This document shows, piece by piece, positions 30,444-43,147 of a DNA stretch of 64,000 nt. The position numbers and the translations under genes are program-made. The notes below the pieces were generated by a model. That model saw only the letters and a program-made list of their open reading frames with translations. It was not told the origin of the DNA and searched no databases. The DNA comes from Batkoa obscura (taxonomy: Eukaryota): NCBI GenBank assembly GCA_030770535.1, contig JASVEC010000002.1, positions 1,240,001 to 1,304,000 of the forward strand, given 5' to 3'. The first letter of the stretch is position 1; the number at the start of each line of letters is the position of its first letter.

Positions 30444-31278
30444 TTATAAAATGTTATCTTGGAACCGATTTTCAAATTTATCACTTCCCTTTCCATTATT
30501 ACTTGAATAACTATAATCCAAACCCAAACTTTTGCTTTCATTAAATTTAGTGATTTTGGCTGGTTCCACAGAAACTCTAAATGAGGAGTCTAAAATAAGA
30601 GATTCTGCAGTTTCATAAAAATCATTTTTTGTAGTTCCTTTTTGTTCCATATCACTATAATCGGATGGACTTGCACGATTTAAACTTGTCGCTGTAAGAA
30701 CGGAAGCTCTAGCTTTTACAGCTTTTTCAGGTTTATTTATAACGTCTAATGGACTTAATAATGAGTTCCTACCAATTCCACTTAGCTTGGTATTTGTTTT
30801 TGAGTAAATATCTTCATTATCTGAGTAAATATGATCAAGATCTTCATTAGGTTGAGTAAAAATAGATTGAATCCCATGAAGCTTTTCCTCTTCTTTAATT
30901 GTATTCTAAAAAATTTAAGTGAAATTTTAATATATAAATGGTAACTCTTACCAGATTCAGCCTAGAAGTTGCAACGCTCCCAGGAACTTGAATTGCTTTA
31001 TGCCTGCGATATCGCATAATAAGATATACTATAACTAATATAAAAACAAAGAAAACGCTGCCACAAGCTATACCGATAATAGAGGGTGTTGATAAAACTC
31101 CTGAATTTGAAGATTGGCTTAAACTAGCCTCACTGATATTGCCGTTTTCATCCACGCACACTGTTTTGAAGCATACATTACAATCAATAAATTTTTGAAC
31201 ACATTTTTGAGGATTCGGGCACTTTGGATCACAATTGAAAGCAGTTTGTTTGCAATTAGGACAATCACTTTTACCCAT
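30444..31278 (-). CDS. Opy2-like single-pass membrane protein, paralog A (~262 aa)
   Basis: N-terminal 8-Cys domain without signal peptide, one TM, basic RYRRHK stop-transfer; exons 31278-30952 and 30905-30444 in frame. Confidence 0.7.
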
Positions 31279-32815
31279 TTGAGAGTGTTGTCGATTTAAA
31301 TTAAGAAGTGAAAAAGGTTAAGATCCAATCAACTAGGAAATTTAATATAGTATTTATTTTTAACTTTCTATTTAGTATCTGGTTTGCTCTATTCTATTTA
31401 TTAAACTTAGTTCTAATGATAATAATTTAAACTAGAATTGAAATCATGATGATGATTGGCTAGAGAAGCTTCTTTTGTTCTTAGTGCCGAATTTGTGTGA
31501 GTGATTTGTATAAATAAGGAACGACCTTCATTTAGTTAATGAAAATGAATTCAAGTCCTTAAATTTAAGTTTGTGGATTTAATGAGTTTAAAATCAACTA
31601 TAATCTATTTTATGATTTAGACCCAAAGTTTTATTAATTTTAGACTCTTATTTTTAATTTAAACTTAAATATAGTATAAAAAATATATTATGTTTGCGTT
31701 ACTCATGCTTTTTTATACTAAATATTTGGTTTGAAGGTTGACCAGTTTTAGAAATTCTAATAATATTTCAACCAATAATACCTCATAATATACCATATCC
31801 CTATTAAATTTTAATTAGAAAATGTTCTGAAGATTTATTGATTGCATTAAGCTGAAGCTATCCCTTAAAAATCCCTCAATTTTATTTAAATATTTATTAT
31901 ACCCATTATATTTCATAAAGCTGTTTCACAGTCTAAATTTTGGCCTCGAAATCATTTGCTTGCTTCGAATAATTACAGCAATGTTCATCCTTTGGTGTAA
32001 AGTTGAATATACAGTTATTCAACTTTAGTATTAAATTTGAGCTTAGTTTTAATTAAATTCTCTTCAAGAATAGCTATTTCCAAAAAGAATAACTTCAATA
32101 CCTATAACATAATATAGGATAAAACCCTTACTAACTTCTTTTTTTGGAGTTGAGAATCGCAGGTAAGACTAATCTATTGCCGGTATTTCTTTGAGCTAGT
32201 AAAAATAATCACAACAGTTTGTAAACTGCTTCTAGGTTGAGATGGGACTTTATATACTCTCAAATAAACTTTTAGTGGGATTGAAATATTCGAAATTCAT
32301 TGGCGAAATTAAAGAAAAATTGTTAACATATTAAGCTTTAAAGGAACACCCAATAGATAAGGTAATATTTTCAAAAAGATATGAAAGATAAATAAGCTTG
32401 AGGAAACTATTACAGAGACCTATTTATTTGAAAGTATTCGTATGCACAACATCAAAAATTCATTGCATTATTTCAATTTGTAAAACCCGAAATATGACTT
32501 TGTATATCTAAGTTAAAGCTTTTATAAAAGAGTAAATCTAATGTAATTTTAATATTACTTGATTGAACTTTTAAAGTCATAGTAAAATGATAAAAACCAA
32601 TGATATCTGTTTAAAATGAAACGATTATTCGAACAGTAAAGACAATTTTAACATAACAACACAAATAAATTGAAACATAATTTATAATCTTTTATACATT
32701 GATTATTAAAAGTTAAAGAAGATGGCGTTTGGAGGTAAATATGCGTCAGAGAAATGAAAATAATGATAGAAGTATTGTTTAAATAAGCTAGATTTTTTGA
32801 AAAAAATCGAGATTG

Positions 32816-33615
32816 TTAAACAATATCGTTTTGAAATCTATCTTCAATTTTACCTTGAAATCCATTACTTAAAGCATTTTGGGACTTAGAAGTGCTGCTT
32901 TCTTCTGGGATAGGTGTTGGAAGTGGAGCATTGACATCAAAATTTCTTACAGTTGTATCTTCTTTTCTTTTGGATCTTAAACTTGAAGCAGCTAACTTGG
33001 AGTTTCCTTTTGATGATCCATTAGTCAAAGAAGTTCCAGTTATATTAGCCTCAATAGTTTCAGAAGTAGCAGTTGTATCTTTAATTATTGGACGATGGGC
33101 CTTTAATTCGGTAGCTCTCATCGTATTTATTACTGATACATCATTATCACTATAAAATCCTTGTTCTAAATGGTTGATATCTGCTTTATTGAAAATTGAC
33201 TGAATTCCAAAAATATTTTCTTCTTCTTTTGATTTCTAATTAAATTCGACTAGTTATTTAGGGCAATAATAATAATCTTATATAAACTTACCACTCCTTC
33301 ACCAGAAAATTCTCCAGAATAGTTGTTGCCTCTTAAAGTTCTCTCTAGTTGCCTACGACGATAAGCACGAATAAATAAGAAAATACCTAAACATAAGCCT
33401 AATGCCCCAATAACACCACATACAATACCAATTACGGCCCCAGAAGATAAACCATCGGAGGAAGTAGAGCTTGATTGTGAGCCGTCTGCAGCGCAACTCA
33501 TTTCCTCAATACAGTTCTCACAGGTATCAGTGCTTTTAAAGACGAGGGTGCATACCTTTCCAAGACCACAGTCCTTAGTACATTTACCAGCTAATAATGA
33601 ATATTTGTGTGACAT
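32816..33615 (-). CDS. Opy2-like single-pass membrane protein, paralog B (~247 aa)
   Basis: 6-Cys N-terminal domain, TM, RAYRRR; exons 33615-33292 and 33235-32816; shares GIQSIF, YSDN and E[ND]RFQ-x-x-I with paralog A. Confidence 0.65.
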
Positions 33616-34528
33616 TACAATTCTTCAAGGATTGTTTTTAATAAAATAAAAAAGTTTTCAATTTTTGGTCAACAAAAATAAATAATCGAGGGTTTCCTTT
33701 GTTGTATTATTTTATCCTAAGTATTTGTTACTTAAAATTTATTGACAAAATTAGTTCCTGATTAAAATAGTCCAATCAAAAGATCGTTTTTAACATAATT
33801 TATAATGATTGAATGTTTAATTTGTTTTTGAAATCTTCACTTACCATAATTAGCTATGTTTTTATTGCTTGCAGCTGGGGAGCTTAAAGTTATGACTATT
33901 TAAAAGAACATAATCATATTAATTGCCAATTAAAAGAGCAATACCAAGGCTTTAATTTGGTAAAAATCCCTTTTTACGGCTATAAAACCTTAAATTTTAT
34001 TATTAGATATTATTAAAACTTTTGAATTTAATACTGCTTTTAAAAAAAGATTTTTAATATCTACATAGTATGTGATATAAAAGGATTTTAGTGAATAAAA
34101 CTAGTTTGTATAACAACTTGTATCTGGTTAAAATATATAATAGACATTGACCTTTTGGTGCATTGATCTATTGTTCTGAAATCTAATTAAGCAGCAAAGC
34201 GGGAAATAATATTCACAATAAATTATTATGGAACTAATTGTTGATTAGTAATTTGTAGCTTCTGTGAGTTATTCCAGTCTTTACATTTGACGATTTTTAT
34301 ATTATCTTAACAGATAGAACTATACAAAATTTGATTTTTTCAAAGAGAATCTATATATATTATATTTTCCTTTATTTACTTTCCTTATTATTTTATTTTC
34401 ATTTTCCTGATTGAATGATGCATTAACATCTTTACTTTTGCTCAAATATCGAACTGCGTTGACAAACATGCAGTTTAATAGAAAAATTAATTAACCTCTT
34501 ATATAAAATAGCATCAAATAAAATATAT

Positions 34529-34622
34529 GAAGGTATATTTTTGCTTAACAATTTTACTAACAATTTTTCCTCTCAAATAGTGCTTAAAAGATGGAAAAAG
34601 TAATGAAACAAAAAACACTCCC
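34529..34622 (+). mobile_element. MITE family A copy, TSD ATAT
   Basis: ATAT-GAAGGTATATTTTTG...AAAAAACACTCCC-ATAT. Confidence 0.85.
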
Positions 34623-34989
34623 ATATGTTATTTAGTAATTTACTATAGCATGGAAACATACACCTTAGATAGGGCTTGTAAACCATGTAATATATATATA
34701 AATAAAAAAGCATTTCAAAGTGCATTTAATTTCAATATTACACATCATTGATAATTGACTATAAGTAATTATTTCCCTATTTAATTTACTAAGGTACTGT
34801 AATGTTATTATGATAAACGACATAAGTGAAAAATACTACCAAAAAAGAAAATAAACTATACCAAGCATTTCTAGCTATAATGCTTAATTTTTTATGGAAC
34901 TGTTTAAGTTGTAAGATCGTAACCTGAAGGTATTTCCACTTACTTTCAAGTATAGTAGACATCAATACCTAAAATATAAATCAATATAT

Positions 34990-35086
34990 GGGGATGATAT
35001 TTTTGATTTCACTACTTTTTCCATCTTTTAAGCACTATTTAAGCGGAAAAATTGTTAGTAAAATTCTTAAACAAAAATACATCCCC
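34990..35086 (-). mobile_element. MITE family A copy, TSD ATAT
   Basis: ATAT-GGGGATG...AAAAATACATCCCC-ATAT. Confidence 0.9.
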
Positions 35087-35252
35087 ATATATTTGAAAAT
35101 GTAAACCAATTTATAATATGTATGAAGTCAATGCTTGAATTCCAACTTCAACGAAAAACTATATGAATAACTACAGGAGAATTTATAAAGTATCAAGTAA
35201 AACTTAACAGATAATAAAACAGATAATATACAAATTTTAATTAAAATTATAC

Positions 35253-35882
35253 TTAAGCAGTTTCAGAACCTTTAACATATTGAGAAACTAATTTGGCAAA
35301 ATTTTCGCCTTGAGTACGGGCAATCTCTAATTCTTTTTCCGAAGCTTGTTTGGCCCCATTTTCGCCAGCAACTACTGAAGCCCCATATGGAGAACCACCA
35401 ATTACTTCGTTAGCTTCTTGAAGATGAGTAGAAGCATATCCAAGTGGTACATAAACCATACCAAAATGAGCAATGGTAGTTAAAAATGTAAGATGAGTAG
35501 TTTCTTGCCCACCATGTTGAGTATTAGAGGATACAAAAGTACCAGCAAACTTATTTTGTAAGGCACCAGTAGCCCATAAACCACCACAAGCATCCCAAAA
35601 ATGCTTCCATTGGGCTGGCATCATACCAAATCGAGTTGGGATACCGAATAAAAGGCCGTCGGCTTCTTTTAATAATTCAGGGGTAATCACTTCAATTCCT
35701 TCTGGTTTTGGTGGTGCATACATTTTAGTAAGTACTTCTTGGGGTAAAGTTTCTGGTACTTGAAAAATTTTAACTTCAACATTGGGTACACGTTCAGCCC
35801 CTTCTTTGATGGCTTTAGCTAATGAATAGATATGCTGGTATGTAGAGTAGTATGGAATGTAGATTTTAGTAGTACGAGTCAT
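35253..35882 (-). CDS. Flavodoxin-like NAD(P)H:quinone oxidoreductase (WrbA/Pst2/Ycp4 family)
   Basis: YYSTYQHI, VPETL, FGIPTRFG, QHGGQETT, GGSPYGA motifs. Confidence 0.95.
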   Translation of the reverse strand: MTRTTKIYIPYYSTYQHIYSLAKAIKEGAERVPNVEVKIFQVPETLPQEVLTKMYAPPKPEGIEVITPELLKEADGLLFGIPTRFGMMPAQWKHFWDACGGLWATGALQNKFAGTFVSSNTQHGGQETTHLTFLTTIAHFGMVYVPLGYASTHLQEANEVIGGSPYGASVVAGENGAKQASEKELEIARTQGENFAKLVSQYVKGSETA

Positions 35883-36266
35883 TGTTCTTATTCTTGTTTT
35901 GTTTCAATCTTAGTTTATAATTTTTTTATCTCACTTTTAGGTGCTTTTATATCTTTGGTCCAAATAAGGCTTTTATAATTATTTATAAGCAGTAGAATAC
36001 AAAAGAACTGCTTATTCATACATCTTCACTAAGTATTTTACTGCTAAATAGCCTTACTAATTACCAGCACCAAACAAGAATAAATTGTTAATTTTGGAAA
36101 TAAAAAAGTAACTTGGTTATTCTATTAATTTTAATTAGATTTCAAATCTTATTAATTGTTCTAGCTGCTTACAAACTTTTTCGCTTTTTTTTACCAATAT
36201 TACATAATTTAATTTGCATTTTTATATGTAAGCCTATTTATTACTCTATATCTTCTGTTATTATAT

Positions 36267-36365
36267 GGGGATGTATTTTTGCATTTAAGAATTTTACTAA
36301 CAAATTTTCCACTCAAATAGTGCTTAAAAAATGGAAAAAGTAATGAAGTTAAAAAAAACACTCTC
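36267..36365 (+). mobile_element. MITE family A copy
   Basis: ATAT-GGGGATGTATTTTTG...AAAAAAACACTCTC-GTAT. Confidence 0.9.
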
Positions 36366-36776
36366 GTATGATTAATATACTATTATAAAAAATATTCGCT
36401 AATTATTACTTATTACATTATCTCTTAAATATATAAATTTATAAAACTACACCGACCATTTATCAATTAAAAATGTTAAACGATTATTGGTTACTAACAT
36501 TCTAGTAAAAAACTAGTTTTATGTAGATTATGAATTGTATATTTTGAAGCATATTACTGTCATATTTGCATTAACATATTGAAAATTTTAAACGTAATAA
36601 TAGCTTATTGGTTCAATATATAGTATACAGCTGTTGGAGCTCTATCGAGGTTTTAGTTGTGGTAATTTTTAGAGTTAGTTACATGTTTACCTGGTTCTTA
36701 AGTTTAATAATAGATTTAGATAATTTTAGCAATACTTTATTTGTAAATGAACAGTTAATTGTCATAATAAAATTGC

Positions 36777-36872
36777 AATAGTTGGAATATTTACTGCATT
36801 TTTGAGTATATATTTTATAAAATAGGAATTGCGAAAGTAGACTTTAATAGTTGGAATATTTACTGCATTTTT
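36777..36872 (+). repeat. 27-bp direct repeat, two copies
   Basis: AATAGTTGGAATATTTACTGCATTTTT at 36777 and 36846. Confidence 0.8.
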
Positions 36873-36907
36873 TTTTAATTTTTCAGACAAAACAAAGTTC
36901 AGTATAA

Positions 36908-36999
36908 GTGAATATTTTTTGGTTTCATCACTTTCTATCTTTTAAGCACTATTTAAACAGAAAAATTGTTAGTAAAATTCTTAAACAAAATACATCTTC
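36908..36999 (-). mobile_element. MITE family A copy (degenerate)
   Basis: TTTTAAGCACTATTTAAACAGAAAAATTGTTAGTAAAATTCTTAAACAAAATACATCTTC. Confidence 0.75.
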
Positions 37000-37354
37000 A
37001 TAAATTAGGGATGGTTGGATAAGAAAATATCGTTGCAACTGGTCATCTCTATTTTTTTAAATTTGCAGTTTATAAAATATCCTGGTAATTTTATTAAGCT
37101 ATGGTAAAAAACGAGCGGTTCGCTAATAGCTATCCTTTGGATAACTGTATAGATCACTATCATTTAAAACATTAATGACAATAGAGTATTGAATAGTTTA
37201 TAAATCGTACTTTTAAAAATATTTTAAATAATTAGGAAATATCTGTAAATAAAAATAAGATAATTTTATTCATTTAATTATAGCTCAAGGGTAAAATAAA
37301 ATTAGCAATAGAGAAATTAGAAGTAATAATTAATAGTGAAGACAAAAGTACAAT

Positions 37355-38695
37355 CTAAGGTGATTTTTCCAAGGTATGATCAAAGGACTCAACTGGAGCT
37401 TCAACCTCTGAACTTTGAGTTGTTTTGAAAGCAACAATAAGTGCAGGGATACAAGCGACAGCAAGTAAAATCCAATTGATCAAAAGTTGAGGCATATATT
37501 CTAATTTACCTGAATCTAATCCCCAAGAGATAGCACCACCAGCGGATTGAATACCTTTATAAAAACCAGCATATCTAGCTAAAATAGAAGCATCGTTAGT
37601 TTGTGCTCCCATTAACCAATAAGCCCAGCTTTGTAGTATAGCATCAGCAAACCCATAAACTAAATAAAGTACTAATAAAGGTCCATATCTAGAATCTTGG
37701 AAATCTACTTTAACCCATTCATGTTCAGTTTCTCTAGTATATTGAAGTTGGACTACATAACCTCCGGCCCACATAGCCATCATAACAGAGAATACAATAA
37801 CTAAACCTACAATGGCTCTAGTCTTACGATTTAAACGTTTGAAATCCATCAATAAGCCAAAAAGGTAAGCGCCAAACATTTGAGATCCCCAATAAACTAC
37901 ATTATTTAAAGAACGGGTACGTACATTAAATAAGACACCGTTATAAGCATTGAATTGATAAGTATAAAGCCAGTTAGTGGTAAGGAATAATGGGATTAAC
38001 AAAATCATTTTCCATTCAGTGAATACTTTAAGAACACCAGCAATCTCTGTTTTAGCAGATGGATATTCAATAGTTTCAACATGTCTGCCATCGGATTTAA
38101 TGACTTTAGCAGGTGCAAGTAAAGATAAAGAAAGTAAAGACCCACAAAACATAATACACATAAATGCAATATAAGTAGAATCAGTGACATTTGGATTAGG
38201 GTTAGTATAGTTGACACCAAATGAAATTAAACCACCAATAACACCACCCATATTGAAAATAATCCAAAAGATGGAAATATATTTTCCTTTTTCATTTTCA
38301 GTTGGGTAACCTAACATAAGGGCACCTTGTGCGGACCACAACATACCAGCACCAACACCCAACAAAGCACCAGCAATAATAGTAAAAGCACGTGCACCTA
38401 CTGGACTAGTTTCAGTAATATGACCATAAGCTAACATAGCACCAGTATATAAAACATAAGTTAAAGAACCAATAAAGATAGTCAATTTTGGACCTAAGAG
38501 ATTAGTAATGGCTCCACCAAGGATACCAAAAATAGAGAAAGTAGTATAAAGAGCAGTGTTTGCTTGAGAAGCAACGGTTGGATCAACTTGACCACCACCA
38601 CCCATACCATTTAAAGCATTAAACATACCAGGACAGGCAAAGCAGATGAAACCGACCAGTATATTCTGGATCATAGAACTATTGTATTTAATCAT
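37355..38695 (-). CDS. UNC-93-like MFS membrane protein (DUF895 family), intronless
   Basis: FICFACPGMFNALNGMGGGG, GAGMLWSAQG, YPTENEKGKY, FNVRTRSLN, RYAGFYKGIQSAG; ~12 TM segments. Confidence 0.92.
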   Translation of the reverse strand: MIKYNSSMIQNILVGFICFACPGMFNALNGMGGGGQVDPTVASQANTALYTTFSIFGILGGAITNLLGPKLTIFIGSLTYVLYTGAMLAYGHITETSPVGARAFTIIAGALLGVGAGMLWSAQGALMLGYPTENEKGKYISIFWIIFNMGGVIGGLISFGVNYTNPNPNVTDSTYIAFMCIMFCGSLLSLSLLAPAKVIKSDGRHVETIEYPSAKTEIAGVLKVFTEWKMILLIPLFLTTNWLYTYQFNAYNGVLFNVRTRSLNNVVYWGSQMFGAYLFGLLMDFKRLNRKTRAIVGLVIVFSVMMAMWAGGYVVQLQYTRETEHEWVKVDFQDSRYGPLLVLYLVYGFADAILQSWAYWLMGAQTNDASILARYAGFYKGIQSAGGAISWGLDSGKLEYMPQLLINWILLAVACIPALIVAFKTTQSSEVEAPVESFDHTLEKSP

Positions 38696-41169
38696 AATTG
38701 TAAATTAAAGATATCAACGATTATTAAAAAAAGCAAATAAAAATAAAAGATTGAATTTATAAAAAGTAACGGTGTTTTTTTAAGTCTATTTATACCCTTT
38801 TGTTGATAGATTAAATTAATCTTTATAAATTTTTTGTTAAAGGTTATTCTTTAAAGAAAAACCATTCTACCTAATATGGAACATCCTTGAAAAATTTACT
38901 TTTTTTGTTCATTTCGTTTTAGTTTTATCAATACTAGTGTTTTTTTAATGTCAACGACATAATATGCTATCTTAATGTTATTTCTTCACGTCTTTGGTTA
39001 TAGCTATTAAGCTACTTTTCAATAGCAAAACTAAAAATCAAATTCACAAATTAACTTATCATTTAATAAAAATTTAACCTAATGTACCCTTATTTAAAAT
39101 CAGCTGATAGTGAAATTATCATAGTTATGAACAAAGTTAGTAATCTTGAGGTTATATTAATTCTATTTTTAAAATTTATAAGCTGGAATATAAAACTTAT
39201 TCAAAACATTCAAAATAAAAACAAATCTATTAAGTTGAAATAAAAGTCTAGTCTTTTTGATATAAATTTATATAATATACTCTTATAAAATATTACTATT
39301 ACTTCCTCCTTCTATGAAGTCATCAAGCTCAATTAATAGAGATACAAGTTTAATGAGCTTTTTTTATCTTGCATATATCATGCGATTTTGTTATCAATGC
39401 AAATGTTAACCCTATTTAGCGCTATAACAATGCCATAACGTTGTCTGGTACACTATTTTACAATAGATGTTACTATAAAATTGATTCCAGCCTAATTACT
39501 AATTATTAGAGCTAATAATGATATAGGTATAGTTTAATCCCTAATAAATAGAAATAAGCTTATAAAATTTTATAGAAAGTAACAATTAAATTATCTACAA
39601 ATATAAATGTTACCCTGAATTCACATGATCTTAGATTAAATTGAAATAGTATTTATAAATTTAAACCTTATAAAAAACACCATTATCCTAAAATAAGTAT
39701 GATTATATCAATCTCTTACTTGATCATGGGTTTTTTATTATATTTATGTTAAATATTTTTATTTTCTGATATTCCAAATTCAATATTTGATTATCAGCTT
39801 TTGATATTATTTTATCTAGTAAAGCTAATATACTGTGTGAATTTTAATTGGATTAGTTTTAAAGTTTTAGGTACTAAGGCTGCTTAAGTAATATATAATA
39901 GTGGCTTTTGGATGCTGAGAATAAAAAGAGTTACTAACTAAAAAGATAGAGCTAATTTTTGGAAAAAATTTACACAAATTTAAAACAAAGCACCTTATTT
40001 TGGAGTAAAAATAAGTTATTCAAGATGTTAACAACTGAGGTTCCAATAGCCAGAAATAAAAAGATTGGAGAAGCCAATAGAAAACGATGTAGAATGAGTA
40101 GTAAGAAGATTAATTGGTAAGCAAATTTAGCTAAAAAGCTATTTATACAATTTTCATTTATTTGTATTCAATAGTAGGTAAATAGATTTTTCTAGTTTTA
40201 ATGACTTCATTAAATATCGTTTGGAAATTTTACGTCTAAAGTTTTATAATCTAAAAAATGAAACTCTGTTTGTCATAGGATTTCCATACATCTTTTTCTT
40301 ATCTTTGTCTAATAATATTCACATAAAGGAGATGACAAGCTATTCAAATGATACATTAATAATTCAATTACAGTCTCAAACATAAATAGTATATTTATTA
40401 CAATTAAGGAGCAATTTAAGATAACAAATATACAACTGTATGGTTTAATATCAACTTCAATACATAAACCATTCAATCTACTGGTATTATTTAAGATGAT
40501 AATAAAAAATAGAGAAATTAATCTTCTACTTGTTCTTTTTGTTAAAATAGCCCATCAATTTTATATTTAATTACTTGTGCTTATATCTAAATTCAAATAG
40601 GGTTTATACTTAATATCAAGTCCATTCATAGTCTGGAATCCAAAACTTGATAGTACTTTCAATTCTTTTACTAAATCACTAAGCTTGATAGAAACTCATT
40701 ATTGTATAATAAATCAGAGGTATTAATTATTACATATCTTTCAATGGAAATCATGTCATATCATTATCATACCTTATAAACACTATTGCTTTAACAAAAT
40801 ATCAAATAGCTTGTGCTATATATTCCTAATTTCAATAACACCTGGGTTTACAGTGCCTTTTATTTAATAACCTTTTATTAAATAATTTGTTTATCATTAG
40901 ATAATTAACTATATTGTACTTTATATAAATTTGGGAGTGTCTTTAATGACTATATAACTTTATGGCTACGCTCAATCTATATTCTTATAATTTTAAAAAT
41001 AGTTTGATATGTAGGCAGCTTCAAGGCATCACTAGAACCATTATATTAAAGGGAGGCTGATATTATAAAACAATCAATTATATTCGAATAAAAACATTTA
41101 ATTAATTAATGAAGTTGTATTTCAGCTTTTACTATGTAATTATAGATTTATTAATTTGGAATCTCACTT

Positions 41170-41263
41170 GGACTATTTTTTTGTTTAAAATTTTACTGAC
41201 AATCTTTCCACTCAAATAGTACTTAAAAATGGAAAAAGTGATAAGACCAAAAAAAAACACTTC
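41170..41263 (+). mobile_element. MITE family A copy
   Basis: TTTAAAATTTTACTGACAATCTTTCCACTCAAATAGTACTTAAAAATGGAAAAAG core. Confidence 0.75.
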
Positions 41264-41739
41264 TATACCCTTTCAATTTTAAGATGTAATTTATATTAAT
41301 AACATACTTATTAGTTTTTAAAATATTACAAAACTTGCTTTTCTAATTTTTTATCGATCAATATAAAGATCAAAATCTTTAATACTAATCAACCAGTATA
41401 ATAGGTAACTAATATTTTAACTAGTATTTAGCTTAGTATAAAATTTTAAACCTTATCAATTACTATATATAAGCGTCAAGTAGAGCTTAAAGATCTAATA
41501 CTGACTCTGGACGCATTTAAAACCATTTATTGGGAGTTTTTTTGATAGCTTACTTGTATATCTTTATAGATTATTATATATTATGTGTTCAATCAAAAAT
41601 GTTACTAGTTGAAAGATACTATTGAACTAATGCTGTTGCCACTGATATTATCAATAATATAGCTAGAATTTTTGATTTAGTTTTGTTAAGGTTATAAAAA
41701 AGCTTAAATATATTATATTTTGTAAATAATTGTAATATT

Positions 41740-41835
41740 GGGGATATATTTTGTATCTGAGAATTTTACTAACAATTTTTCTACCCAAATAGCGCTTAAA
41801 AGATGGAAAAAATAATGAAGACAAAAAACATCCTC
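41740..41835 (+). mobile_element. MITE family A copy
   Basis: GGGGATATATTTTG...CAAATAGCGCTTAAAAGATGGAAAA...AAAAAACATCCTC. Confidence 0.85.
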
Positions 41836-42113
41836 ATTAATAAATAACAAGATACTAATTTTAATTTAAATCCTAGACTCAATTAAAAAAGAATGCAAAA
41901 ATTACCAATTGGCTATTAAAAATTTAAAACATTAAGCAACAAAATTAAAATTACCACCATTTATCACTTTAAACTATATTTCATTAAGACTATTAATCTA
42001 GTAAACACTATCGATTCATTTACAGAATAACTTAAAATAAAGCATCACCTAATTTTTAAATACAAAAGATATGATATTTGCTAAAAAAAACTACACATTA
42101 ATTTGTGAAAAAA

Positions 42114-42186
42114 TGCCTTCTATCGGAATCGAACCAATGACCTTCCGCTTACTAGGCGGACGCTCTGCCAACTGAGCCAAGAAGGC
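42114..42186 (-). tRNA. tRNA-Thr(AGT)
   Basis: GCCTTCT/AGAAGGC acceptor stem, A box TGGCTCAGTTGG, anticodon arm TCCGC-CTAGTAA-GCGGA, B box GGTTCGATTCC, T6 terminator directly downstream. Confidence 0.97.
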
Positions 42187-42255
42187 TCTAACTGTTAGTA
42201 GAAAATATTTGTAATTTATATATTTTTTTAATAAAATCAAAATAGTTTGCAATAT

Positions 42256-42350
42256 GGGAATGCTTTTCTAAATCCATTACTTTTTGCATTTTGAAGCGTT
42301 GTTTAAGTGGAAAAATTATTAGCGAAATTTTTAAGCAAAAATATATCCTC
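42256..42350 (-). mobile_element. MITE family A copy (degenerate)
   Basis: GGGAATG...CATTACTTTTTGCATTTTGAAGCG...GTGGAAAAATT...TATCCTC. Confidence 0.7.
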
Positions 42351-42432
42351 AGCTAATAATATTTATCATAAAACTCTGTTGAACATAAAAAGTTATTTTG
42401 AAATGTTAATTATTTAATTTATTTAAGCATAT

Positions 42433-42531
42433 GAGGATGTATTTTTGTGTTTAAGAATTTTACTAACAATTTTTCCGCTCAAATAGCGCTTAAAAAATGG
42501 AAAAAATAATGAAATCAAAAAAAACACTCTC
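42433..42531 (+). mobile_element. MITE family A copy, TSD ATAT (near consensus)
   Basis: ATAT-GAGGATGTATTTTTGTGTTTAAGAATTTTACTAACAATTTTCCGCTCAAATAGCGCTTAAAAAATGG...CACTCTC-ATAT. Confidence 0.92.
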
Positions 42532-42642
42532 ATATGTAATCCTATCCAAGCTTTATTATTTTAAACTGCTTATTTTAAACAAATTAAATTCAAAGTTAAT
42601 CTAAATTTTAAGTTTTTAAATTTATAAGTCTTTAATATATAA

Positions 42643-42738
42643 GAACGTGTTTTTTTATTTAAAAATTTTATTAATAGCTATTTTATTTAAATGATGCTTA
42701 AAAAATGGTGAAAGTAATAAAAGTGAAAAAACACTCTC
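42643..42738 (+). mobile_element. MITE family A copy (degenerate)
   Basis: GCTTAAAAAATGGTGAAAGTAATAAAAGTGAAAAAACACTCTC end. Confidence 0.65.
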
Positions 42739-42798
42739 ATGTAGTTAATTAAATTTAAAAAGCCTAAAATTTAATTTTTTTCATTTAATTTAATTATG

Positions 42799-42897
42799 GG
42801 GGAGTGTTTTTTCACTTTTATTACTTTTTCCATTTTTTAAGCACTATTTAAGCGGAAAGTTTATTGGTAAAATTCCTAAACACAAAAACACATCCCC
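42799..42897 (-). mobile_element. MITE family A copy
   Basis: GGGGAGTGTTTTTT...AAGCACTATTTAAGCGGAAA...CACATCCCC. Confidence 0.88.
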
Positions 42898-43052
42898 ATA
42901 TACTAAATGATTTTAAAAGCAGCAAAAAAAATAGATTTGTATAATATATATACTTAGTATGTAGTTAGAAAAAAGTTATTTATGAATAAAATAAATATGA
43001 TAGTAAAAAGCAAAATAAAGATAAAAAAAATTTTAATGAAAAAAGCTACAAT

Positions 43053-43147
43053 GGGGGTATTTTTTTTAAGTTCATTACTTTTTCGATTAAGCACTATTTA
43101 TGTAGAAAATTTGTTATTGAAATTCTTAAACACAAAAAAACATCACC
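43053..43147 (-). mobile_element. MITE family A copy
   Basis: GGGGGTATTTTTTT...AAGCACTATTTATGTAGAAAATTTG...CATCACC. Confidence 0.8.

Noticed and set aside
34529..36365. WrbA-like gene flanked by MITEs as a composite transposon
   Set aside because: The flanking MITEs carry their own TSD-like 4-mers and MITE density is high across the region, so independent insertions are sufficient
42145..42160. CTA in the tRNA anticodon loop suggesting an amber suppressor
   Set aside because: The 7-nt loop is CT-AGT-AA, so the anticodon is AGT (Thr); CTA is off-register
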